This document shows, piece after piece, positions 12,432 to 22,271 of a stretch of 64,000 nucleotides of DNA (position 1 is the first letter of the stretch; every line of letters begins with the position of its first letter). The notes below the pieces were generated by a model. That model saw nothing but the letters and a program-made list of their open reading frames with translations. It did not search any database and had not been told where the DNA came from. Source of the stretch: Guillardia theta CCMP2712 (taxonomy: Eukaryota > Protista > Cryptophyta); assembly GCF_000315625.1 (NCBI RefSeq), contig NW_005434626.1, positions 445,448-509,447 of the forward strand, read 5' to 3'. Made by a program: the position numbers and the translations under genes.

Positions 12432-13465
12432 CGTCTCGTTGCTCTCTCGCCTAGCCTACGTGCTGGGCTTTGGACCCACCCTACTCAAAACAATCAAACT
12501 TGTCCTGAGGCGGGCCCGTATTATAAAGCGGTATCGGAAGCTTTGAGTGATGGCTCGGCCCGGACGGGTCACCAAGTTTCAGAAGATGGCTCGGACGGGT
12601 TTCAGTGGGGGACAGCAGTCGGCAGGATTAGGTTTGGTTCTCGCTGTCTTTCTCTTCTCGCCGTTTGGCCTGTGCGACAGTGTACGGTCAGGGTCAAGCC
12701 TCCTCGACTCTCCTGATCATCCCGGATTGTCCTCGTACTGATTTTTAACTTAACTTTGAGTAAAGAGGAGAGTCAGACCGGGCTCGAACGGGAAGGTACC
12801 GGCGGCAACTCGGACTCCGACCGTGACTCAACCTTTGAGTAAACATCCGAGTCAACTCAACTCACCGGGCAAAGCGGCCGCCGGCCCTCAGCTACAGTAT
12901 TGGTACCGTCGTTACTCCGTGCGCGGCTATAGCAGCCTAGTACCCCCCAATCTCCCCTCGAGATACGGTCGAACCACCCGGTTATCATCACATCATTCCC
13001 CGCATTTCCAGAACTCCAATTTCCCCTCATTCTTCTATCATCACCTACCCCCTGTACATGACAACCCCAGCTTTTTAATCGCCCTCCCGCTGTGAAGCTT
13101 CTCCACCCCTATCCTCTAGACCTTTTTCTCTTTGAAACTAGGGGTTATTTTGAAGTTTTCTACCACCCACCCCACTCCAATGAGTCCAAATTCTTTCGAT
13201 GCGCCTGGTCGAGTCACCAGGCTCAACTTTCTCCCCCACCGAAACCCCCTACCCTCCTCCTCTCCTCCCCCTCCCCTCCCCCGCTACCCCTCCCCCTCCC
13301 CTCCTCTCCCCCCTCTTGCCACCCCCTCCTTCCTCCTGTCATCACCACCCAACCTCCTTCCGACGCCTCCTTCGTCGCACCGACACATCTTGTTCCCCCA
13401 ACTTCACCCCTCCTATTCCTCCCCACCTCGCGGCCTCCGCCCCCCCTTTGCCCCTCCCCTTTCCC

Positions 13466-13500
13466 TATATAAGGGAGAAGGCTTTGCTCTGCTCTCACTC
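13466..13500 (+). promoter_or_regulatory. TATA box and initiator-like element of micro-gene copy A
   Basis: TATATAA at 13466-13472. TCACTC centred ~31 nt downstream. ATG 21 nt further on. Same layout in copy B (TATATAA 15549-15555). Confidence 0.6.
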
Positions 13501-13517
13501 ACACAAGAGAACACAGC

Positions 13518-13628
13518 ATGCCACTTCCAAGAGAGTATCCCCCCAAGGACACCGGAGCCAAGGACAAGAAGGAGAAGAAGGAGGAGAAGCAGGAGGAGAA
13601 GAAGGGAGGAAAGAAGGGAGGAAAGTAA
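13518..13628 (+). CDS. 36-aa Lys/Glu-rich micropeptide, copy A
   Basis: MPLPREYPPKDTGAKDKKEKKEEKQEEKKGGKKGGK*. TATA upstream, TGTAATAAA at ~13713-13721. Below the ORF-track cutoff. Confidence 0.6.
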   Translation: MPLPREYPPKDTGAKDKKEKKEEKQEEKKGGKKGGK

Positions 13629-14219
13629 ACACTGCTGCCGGCCCAGGTCGAGATGAGACAGCGATGTACGTAGGTCAGGTTTTGACGCAGTTTGTTTTTC
13701 CGCACTTTGAGATGTAATAAAGAACGAACGAAACAAGCAAGCAATTGGCTGATCTGCGCTTGCAAGGAGCGCAACGGGGTCAAGGGATTGTGTTCAGGAC
13801 TTTCGTTTCAATGCAATCTTCGAACTGGAGGAAGATTCAGTTTTATCTGTTGACAGACTTGTCCTTGAGTCGGCTGCCTGACAGCCCTTCACTGTCTCCT
13901 GCAGCAGCAAGAGATGCTGCTCTGCATGTCTTGTAAGAATCATCGGCGCTTCCGAACATAGACCTGTGTCATTCGCATTAGAGATGTCTGGCAATCGGAC
14001 CAGTTGACACCTTCACCGAGCCAGCTGTAGAGCGATCGACCGAAGGTCCAGTCGGACGGTAACAGTGGGTGGTGAGGGGACTCTCCAGTGTGCCGTTGTG
14101 CTGTTCCAATATGTCAGAGCGCGTAGGTGCAGCGAAGTTGGGAAGCGCTGATCCTGTGCTGATCAGTCATCATTTCTGCCAAGTTTCTCGTAGGTCACTA
14201 TGCTCATACATATCTCACG

Positions 14220-14790
14220 TTGCCATGTTGCTGTTTTTGTTCTTTCTTCATTACATCTCAAGCGCGGAAAAACAAACTGCGTCAAAACCTGACCTAATCG
14301 TACATCGCCGTCTCATCTCGACCGCAACGCAACATGGAATGGACTTTTCCCCGTGAGGTTGCGATCCTCTCTCTGTCCAACCGTGCGCAGGCGCCCTTGG
14401 AGAGAGGTCCCGTATATAGCCTATGGCAGTCACGGTTTACTTTCCTCCCTTCTTTCCTCCCGAAGTTCTTCTCTTTCTTCTCCTTCTACTCCGAGGCTTC
14501 TTGTCCTTGGCTCCGGGTGTCCTGAACTCCGCTTTCCTTAGGGGAGGGGCAAGGGGGGGGCCGGGGGGCGGAGCGGCCGCGAGGCGGCGGGAATGCAGAA
14601 GCAGGGTCCCCGGGAACTGAGAGGTTGGGTGGTGACTGAATCAGTGACAGGACTCCCGGAGGAACTCGGAAGGACTCCGGGACTGAGGGGGTGGCAAGAG
14701 GCGAGGGACTCGGGAGGAGAGGCCCTGAGCCTGAGCCTCCCCGAGGGAAGGAGCCTGAGGGGCCGGGGGGTAGCGCCGGACTCTCAGATG
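14220..14790 (-). pseudogene. Inverted, disrupted copy C of the micro-gene cassette
   Basis: 3' region near-identical to copy B. ATG/TATA segment is deleted. ORF and promoter are interrupted by many short insertions. Confidence 0.8.
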
Positions 14791-15276
14791 TGGGCGAGGG
14801 GTGCCAGTGTTGAGTCACTGAGTCACAACGGTTGAACTGTGATCGGACCGTCCGAGTGTGACCGGGCCGTGGCACCCGGTGGCACCGTGCCACCGGGCCT
14901 GGCCCGGCCGCCCGGACTCCGACCCGGCCCGGCCCGGAATTCCGCGGCGGGTCCCGCGGGCTCACCTCGGTACCAACCAGGCCCTGACAAACTTCGAACT
15001 TCTCACAAGTCATCAATCCCCATGACGGAGGCGATAGTACCAATAACTTTACTCAATGTCATCCGTCATCGTACCCTTCTTCCCCAGTTTCCTCCCCAGC
15101 CCCACCCCTACCATACTCAGGTTCACTACCCCACCCCCAAATTCCTTATAGATGAATCCAATCCTTCTCTTACCCCTCTCAAATAAAAGTTTGCTCTGGT
15201 TGAAAATAGGGTACTTCAAGCCACCGTACCCATTATCACCAAGATCCGCCCCACCCCACCCCCTGGGATTAATGTC

Positions 15277-15905
15277 CTCGATGCGCCTGGCCGAGTCACC
15301 AGGCTCAACTTCTCCCCACCGAAACCCCTACCCTCCTCCTCTCCTCCCCTCTCCTCCCCGCTACCTAACCCCCTCCCCCTCCCCCTCCTCTCCCCCCTCT
15401 TGCCACCCCTCCTTCCTCCTGTCATCACCACCCAACCTCCTTCCGACGCCTCCTTCGTCGCACCGACACATCTTGTTCCCCCAACTTCACCCCTCCTACT
15501 CCTCCCCACCTCGCGGCCTCCGCCCCCCCTTTGCCCCTCCCCTTTCCCTATATAAGGGAGGAGGCTTTGCTCTGCTCTCACTCACACAAGAGAACACAGC
15601 ATGCCACTTCCAAGAGAGTATCCCCCCAAGGACACCGGAGCCAAGGACAAGAAGGAGAAGAAGGAGGAGAAGAAGGAGGAGAAGAAGGGAGGAAAGAAGG
15701 GAGGAAAGTAAACACTGCCATAGGCTATATACGGGACCTCTCTCCAAGGGCGCCTGCGCACGGTTGGATAGAGAGAGGATCGCAACCTCACGGGAAAAAG
15801 TCTTGCGGTCGAGATGAGACGGCGATGTACAAGTAGGTCAGGTTTTGACGCAGTTTGTTTTTCCGCGCTTGAGATGTAATAAAGAAAGAACAAAAACAGC
15901 AACAT
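15277..15905 (+). repeat. Copy B of the triplicated cassette
   Basis: Matches copy A. Carries an extra ~90 bp 3' segment shared with copy C. AATAAA at 15878-15883. Confidence 0.9.
15601..15711 (+). CDS. 36-aa Lys/Glu-rich micropeptide, copy B
   Basis: MPLPREYPPKDTGAKDKKEKKEEKKEEKKGGKKGGK*. Differs from copy A by one codon (Q/K). Confidence 0.6.
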   Translation: MPLPREYPPKDTGAKDKKEKKEEKKEEKKGGKKGGK

Positions 15906-16196
15906 GGTATTGTGGTATGAGATGTGGTAGTGGGCATGATAACCTGTGAGAAGCACTGGCAGGAATGATATTTGATCCGGAGCACAAGTTTTAACCTGTT
16001 TCAGCTCAGCCTTTCCACACGCCCTCCGCTGATCGTCGGTAGAGCTGAAATCTTGACTAGAATGAGATGTTTGTTTCATGTACATGCTGTGGTCATCAGC
16101 ATGCAGCTGTCAGTGCGTCAAGTCAGCTGGAAGACATCTCCTCCCTGCTCTCCCTCCTTGCAGGTCTCGGTCTTGGAAGATGCTCCCACTTCATTT

Positions 16197-17097
16197 TTAG
16201 TCGTGCAACTCAAAACAGGGAGAGAAAACGATGATGTGTGCCTCCATAGATATCATCGGAGGATAGACGGAGGAGGAGGACAAAGGAAGGCGGTCCAAGG
16301 GGTCAGTATTCTCAGACGGTGGAGCGAAGAATGCAAGCATGCTCAGGTAGGATGATGGTAAGACAGTTTTGAGGAACGGAAGGGGAAGGGAGTACTCGAG
16401 GCAGGAGGATGGGCAAAGAGGCAGATCTTTGCTTCTCATCTTGTCATCATCGAACTTCGGTCGGAGAAGGAACATCTGCTCGAAGGTCCACGTCCTCCCT
16501 TGCGGGGTTGTAGCACTCGAGATGCTCGCTCCTCCTGCTCGCAGGGTCAGGGACAAGGAGAACGAGCTGGTCGACGTTCAGGGTAGAGAGAAGATTCGAC
16601 ATGGGCAATGAGTACCGATGATGCAGAAAGAGGAGGAGAGGGAGGGAGGGAGGGAGGGAGGGAGGGAGGGAGGGAGGGAGGGAGGGAGGGAGGGAGGGAG
16701 GGAGGGAGGAGGAGGAGGAGGAGGAGGAGAGAAGAGGAGGAGGAGGAGGAGGGAGGAGGAGGAGGGAGGAGGAGGAGGANNNNNNNNNNNNNNNNNNNNN
16801 NNNNNNNNNNNNNNNNNNNNNNNNNNNNNNNNNNNNNNNNNNNNNNNNNNNNNNNNNNNNNNNNNNNNNNNNNNNNNNNGGAGGAGGAGGAGGAGGAGGA
16901 GGGGGGAGGGTGGGGGAGGGGGTTCGAGGCGAATGGCAAAGATGGGATGAATGGTGGAAAGAAAGGAGGCAGAGGAGACTTCACCGGCACATGTCCAAGA
17001 AGAAATCCCACCAGAGGGCCCATAGACGAGGAACGACTCGTTCAGGGAATCCTCCGCAGTCCCTGAAAGAAGCGAATAAATGAAGAAGTAATGCACA

Positions 17098-17169
<72 letters not shown>

Positions 17170-17790
17170 CCCCCTCCCACTGCTCCCCTCCATTACCGGA
17201 ATCGCGTGCACCGCCAAGGTTTGACCCCAACCATGTGAAAAACCTTAGGAAGCAGAAATGAGCAGAAAATATAAACAGACATTCCATTCCCTTCCTGGAA
17301 TCGAGAAGAGATGTGAAGGTGAAAGAGTGTAGCGATGGGGCTATTCCAGGGGAGAGGAGAGGGGAAATGGTGAAGGGAAGACACGAAAATGCAAGAGTTG
17401 TGGAGAGGAAAGTGAAGGGTTGAGGAGAAGCGGGCGCCCCTCTCCCCTCAAGGGTTTGGGGGACGAGAGGAGAGGACAGGAGAGGAGAAGAGAGGAGAGG
17501 AGAGGAGAGGAGAGGGGAAGAGTGGAGAGGACAGGACAGGACAGGACAGGAGAGTGAAGGAGAGGAGAGGGGAGGACAGGAGAGTGAAGGAGAGGAGAGG
17601 AGAGGGGAGGGGAGGGGAGGGGAAGATGTGAGGAAAAGCACCACAGATGTTTTACCTTTATGCTCCACCATTGGAAGTCAAGGAGCCAGTAAAAGGCTTC
17701 GGGATTTCCTGTCTTGCTTTTGACGAAATTGTAGATGTAAGGGAGACGATCCCATCGCTGAAACAGAACTCAGAATCTCCCCGTCCCCGT

Positions 17791-17857
<67 letters not shown>

Positions 17858-19519
17858 TAACCCTATTGCTCACATCTGTCTCACTTTCTGTCTTCTGTCA
17901 ATGATCATTAGCGCCTCGCATGTCTGTCCACTTTATCCTTCTCCTCCTTCTCCTCCTTCTCCTTCTCCTCCTTCTCCTCCTGCTCCTCCTTCTCCTCCTT
18001 CTCCTCCTTCTCCTCCCGCTCTTCCCTTCTGCCCCCCTCTCCAACCATAGTTTCTTTCTACCTGTCCGAAGTACGCATTGAGAAAGCCTTGATCTCCGTC
18101 GTCGTAAGAGGGAAGTTTGTGCATCTTCTCCTGCATGTCTTTGAAAGTCTCCAAGTTTGGCTCGAGCAGCATGAAGCCGCTGCAAGTTACAATCAAGTCA
18201 GACGCTCCTCCTGCTCCTGCCCCTATCCTCCTCCTCCTTTACTTCCTGCTCCTCCTTTTGTATCTCCCGCTCCTCCACAACCTGACTGGACCTCCTCTCC
18301 CTGTCCCAGTCACTTTCCGCCCGAGTTCCGCCTCCCATCCCTTCCTGCCTCCCCAACCTGTTAAAGAAAATAGGAGGGGCAACATCTGGAATGGCAGCGA
18401 AATTCTGAGTGAGAGGCCACTGCATGAGCTCGTCAATGTTTTGGACGACCTGAAGGAAATTCAAACGTAAGAAGAGAGGAGGAGAAAATGGGAGAGAGAA
18501 GGAATGGGTGGATGGAGAAGGGGGGAAGAGAGGAGGAGCAAGAGACTGCGAATAAGATTATGATGAGTGGAAATCGAGTAGGAAGAGAGGATGAAAAGAA
18601 TGAAGGAGGAAGAGGAGGAGGAGGAGGAGGGGGGGGGATTTAGGTGGAAGAAATCGATGAAAGGGACAAAGCGAACAAAGGAGGAGAAGGAGAAAGAACA
18701 AGAGAGAGAAACGAACGAGCAGGGGCTATGAACAGGAAAGGAGGAGGGGGAAGAAGTACCAGTTGATCAGCATCAAGGAACACAACCCTCTCATACTCCA
18801 CAAGGGTCCAAGCTTGCATCTTCGTGTACACCTGAGAGAAGTTGAGGAAGTTGTGAGGGAGTCACGATCGCTCTACCTGCTCCCATGACTTCTCCTCCAA
18901 CTTCTGCTTGAAGGAGGCGAACGGGTTCGAGACGGCATCAACGTCCTTGACGACAATCTTGACGAGCAGGAGTGACAAGTGAGGAGGTGAGAAGTTGCAG
19001 TTGATGTCACCCCAGCATGGCGGAACATGGAGTGAACGTGTTTAGAGACCTGTGAGAAGCGATGAACAACAATGATGCGAAGATGGAGAGGGGAGGGAGA
19101 GGGAAACAGAGGGAAGCAGCGATGCAAGAAGAGGAGAGGGGAAAGGAGGACACGGAAGCAGAGGAGAGGAGAGGAGAGGAGAGGAGAGGAGAGGAGAGGA
19201 GAGGAGAGGAGAGAGGAGAGGAGAGAGGAGAGGAGAGGAGAGGAGAGAGGAGAGGAGAGGAGAGAGGATGCGATGATTTGGATGTCACCTTGCTCGTTAT
19301 CATGGCAATGAATGGAAACTTTGAGCCAACTTTCGTCAAAGAGTACGCGAGGACCTGCAAACTCCATAACTCATCATCAAGATTATCTTCACCTCATTCT
19401 CTGTTCTCCACCACCGCCACCGCCGCCGCCGCAGCCGCCGCCGCCGCCGCCGCCACCACCACCACCACCACCACCTCCTCCTCCTCCTCCTCCTCCTCCT
19501 CCTCCTCACCACCACCACC

Positions 19520-19564
<45 letters not shown>

Positions 19565-20680
19565 TACCAATGTTCCCAGTGCAAACTCGTCTGTTGCCAC
19601 AAGGGTAACGAAGGCCCCAGGAAGTTTCCTACGAGCGATGAGACACGGAGCCGACCCGAAACAGCAGAACCTGACGCTGTCCGTTGATTTGCCTTCAGCT
19701 CTTTCTCCTTCGTTCCTTTCCCTTACATCACCAGGGTTTGACTCGAGTTCTCTTGCTCACCGTTTCTCGGTCGCACCCAAAACTGGTGTTGAGTTCCATA
19801 CACGAAGGGACTGAGGTGATGTCAGAATACATGCATGTTGTGTTGAGGACAACAGCACCTTCCTCCGACGTGTCTTCCATCCAACAACACGGACACGTTT
19901 GTGAGGCCGTGCTGTTGGGCATGTCAAGGCAGGCCATCAACTCCCTTGCTCTCACCTCAGGAGCAGATATGGTGACCCATTCATGCACAATCATGACATG
20001 AAAGCTGGAGAAACATGTTGAGAACCGACAAACATGCACGCATCTTGCCGAACCATCCGCCTCCTCGGTCCTGGCGTACCTTCATCTCAGATTTCTACAT
20101 CCTCAGCATCGCAAGAGTGTACCTCAATGGTCCCGGAGAGAGGGGCAGGAGCCGTTGACACGACCAAACGTTTCAAGATGTCTTTGGAGGAAGACACATT
20201 CCGTCCTCTGTCACTTCTGATCAGACCAGCAAGAATTTCACATTGCGACTAGTCAGACTTGCTGTCGATCAGCTGGATGGTCAGAGTAGAAGGCCGCCCC
20301 TGACAACTGATCAGCCTTGCCGCATGGCTGTAGCTTGCCTCACCACTGAGGCTGTCCTGGTAGCATCGCCTTTCACGATCACATCTGCAACTTCCTGCTC
20401 ACACGTTCCTTCTGAAACATGGAATCAGTTATCCTTGGGGATGCTTGCAGAAGCTGCGTGCCTGTAAGAAAGCAGAAGACGACGACAAGTGCGATGACTG
20501 CAGAATGTTCGAGCATCTCATCACGTGTGAGAATCTTCTAAGACCATTTTTGTTCAGGGCTGTCTGAATGGAGAAGATCGTGAGTTCCCGAGAAATGGAG
20601 ATAAACTGTGCTCTATATCTCCATCCTTCAAGGCACTGGAATGTAATCCGCAACTATCGCAAGACATGATCTCTTCATGC
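16197..20680 (-). CDS. Glycosyltransferase family 8 (glycogenin/PGSIP-like) with N- and C-terminal extensions; many introns; both ends uncertain (core ~17000-19630)
   Basis: Exons give AFVTLVATDEFALGTL|VLAYSL, YTKMQAWTLVEYERVVFLDADQL|VVQNIDELM (DxD), FFN|SGFMLLEP, DGDQGFLNAYF, RLPYIYN and VFHMVGVKPW. Confidence 0.88.
16780..16879. other. Assembly gap (100 N) inside a GGA/GGGA microsatellite
   Basis: Run of N flanked by GGAG repeats (~16631-16910). Confidence 1.
17098..17169. repeat. (CCTGCT)n hexamer microsatellite; the same motif occurs at ~6679-6717, ~53220-53265 and 56838-56983
   Basis: Direct reading. Confidence 0.95.
17779..17857. repeat. (CCCCGT)n/(CCTCGT)n intronic microsatellite
   Basis: Direct reading. 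Confidence 0.95.
19409..19564. repeat. Compound trinucleotide tract CCG-CCA-CCT-CCA-TCA in a GT8 intron
   Basis: Direct reading. A (GAGAG)n tract also lies at ~19160-19267. Confidence 0.95.
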
Positions 20681-20800
20681 ATCTTTCCTCCCGCTCTACC
20701 TCTCCTCCCCTCCCCTCCCTCCCCCCCCCTCCTCTCCCCTCTCTCCCCCCTACCCTCTGCATCAATCCAGAGTCGGGCGTATGTTAACCGCAACAGCTGG

Positions 20801-22220
20801 ATGACCACAGGTTTATATTCCATGTCCTGTGCGCCTGGACCTTGGGGAGGCGCCTTCATGCGCCCCGCCTTCGCTCCTTCCCCGGTGCTGGCAGGAGGAT
20901 CTTCTCTCAAGTTAGCTGGAGGAAGACGAGGGCTGAACTCCCTGAGCATGACGAACAAGGTGAGGGCTGTGGTCGGGGTCTTGTCCATGGGTAAGGTTTT
21001 ACGTACAGGTGTTCGTGGCTGGAGGGACGGGTAAAGTTGGTCGTATTGTTGTGAAGAGACTTCTGGAAGAAGACTGGAAGTATGTTTGACATATTACATT
21101 ATACTCGTTGTTGTCGTCTTGTTTTCTCATCTATCTCTCTTTGTTCAGGGTTGTCGCCATCGCAAGGAACGAAACATCAGACATAGCTCGCGAGCTGGCC
21201 AGCATGGGCGCAGAAGTTCGCAAGGTCAGACGTGGCATGTGATGATGGTGTTTGACATCTCTTCCTCTCAACCTCTTCTCTCCTGTCTCGTTGATACATG
21301 TCGACGCTCGCTGAGACGAAAACCTGACGCTAGTATCAGGGGGACGTTTGTGATCTTGAAGGACTGAAGGAGTGCATGAAGGGCTGCGAGTACGTCGTTT
21401 CTCTTGTTGGCTGCAGCCCTCCTCGATTTGTCAAGATCTCTGATCTATGGAGCGATCCTCGCAAAGACGCGAATCATCCAGCAAACGTTCAGTACCAGGG
21501 GGTGAAAAACCTGTTGGAAGCGTCAAAGACCGAGAATGTAAAGAAGTTCGTGCGGCTGACAGGGCTAGCAGTGGGAGCAAGCCCTTGGAACCCCGTCTCT
21601 ATCCTCTTTAGCCTTCTCCTTAGCTTCTCTACCTACTGGAACCGCAAGGGAGAGATGCTGCTGCGGGAAAGCGGAGTCGACTACAGTATCATACGCCCAG
21701 GAGGCTTGAAAGACGTCCCTCGGGCCAGGGAGGGGACAGACAAGCTCTTCCTGGCCAGCGAGGCCTGGGGAGACAAAACTCCTCCCTTCACTACCGGCAT
21801 CTCGCGCGCTGACGTGGCAGATCTCTGCTGCCTCTCCTTGACCGACAAGCGACTCTCGCGTGCGACCCTGCGGGTGAACAGGATGCGTCCTCCCACAGCG
21901 GACAACAACTACTTCGAAGACCCGCAGGCAAAGAGCACGTGGGAGGAGCTCCTGGATACGGTGAGGCGGCTCTTACAACGTTTCTTTACCTGTAAGTCTC
22001 ACACATCCCTTGTACCTCCTCCTCTCCCTCCCACCAGGTCGAGCCAGACAAGAAACCTCTCGAGGAAGTCGACTACACCCTCCCTGTCGGCCTCGCAGCC
22101 ACAGCAGGTTTGCTTCTTCCCTTCCCATCGTCTTCTTCTCTTCATGATGCTGCAGTTGCCGGGGTGCTCGGCATCGTCGTGGGCTGGGTCGCGAAGCTGG
22201 CTCTATCCTTGTTCGGATGA
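20801..22220 (+). CDS. Atypical SDR / NAD(P)-binding (NmrA/Tic62-like) protein with probable organellar presequence and C-terminal TM anchor
   Basis: Spliced NK|VFVAGGTGKVGRIVVKRLL, VVAIARN, GDVCDLEGL, VQYQGVKNLLEA, GEMLLRESGVDYSIIRPGGL, ISRADVA. Ends VAGVLGIVVGWVAKLALSLFG*. Start codon uncertain. Confidence 0.85.
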
Positions 22221-22271
22221 AGCTCCGTTGGAAAATCGCTCTTGGCGTTCATGATGAAAATTCTCTCCCTC

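Larger units (their letters stand above)
13196..13740 (+). repeat. Copy A of a ~550-650 bp triplicated cassette (promoter + micro-ORF + polyA signal)
   Basis: Near-identical to 15277-15905. Inverted, degraded homolog at ~14220-14790. Confidence 0.9.

Noticed and set aside
13196-15905. Copies A and B as the LTR pair of a retroelement
   Set aside because: No TG...CA termini, PBS/PPT, TSD or gag/pol seen, and a third inverted copy lies between them. Kept only as an alternative.
16547-19814. ORFs with poly-P/G/E/R/H/M runs
   Set aside because: They are translations of intronic microsatellites in the GT8 gene.
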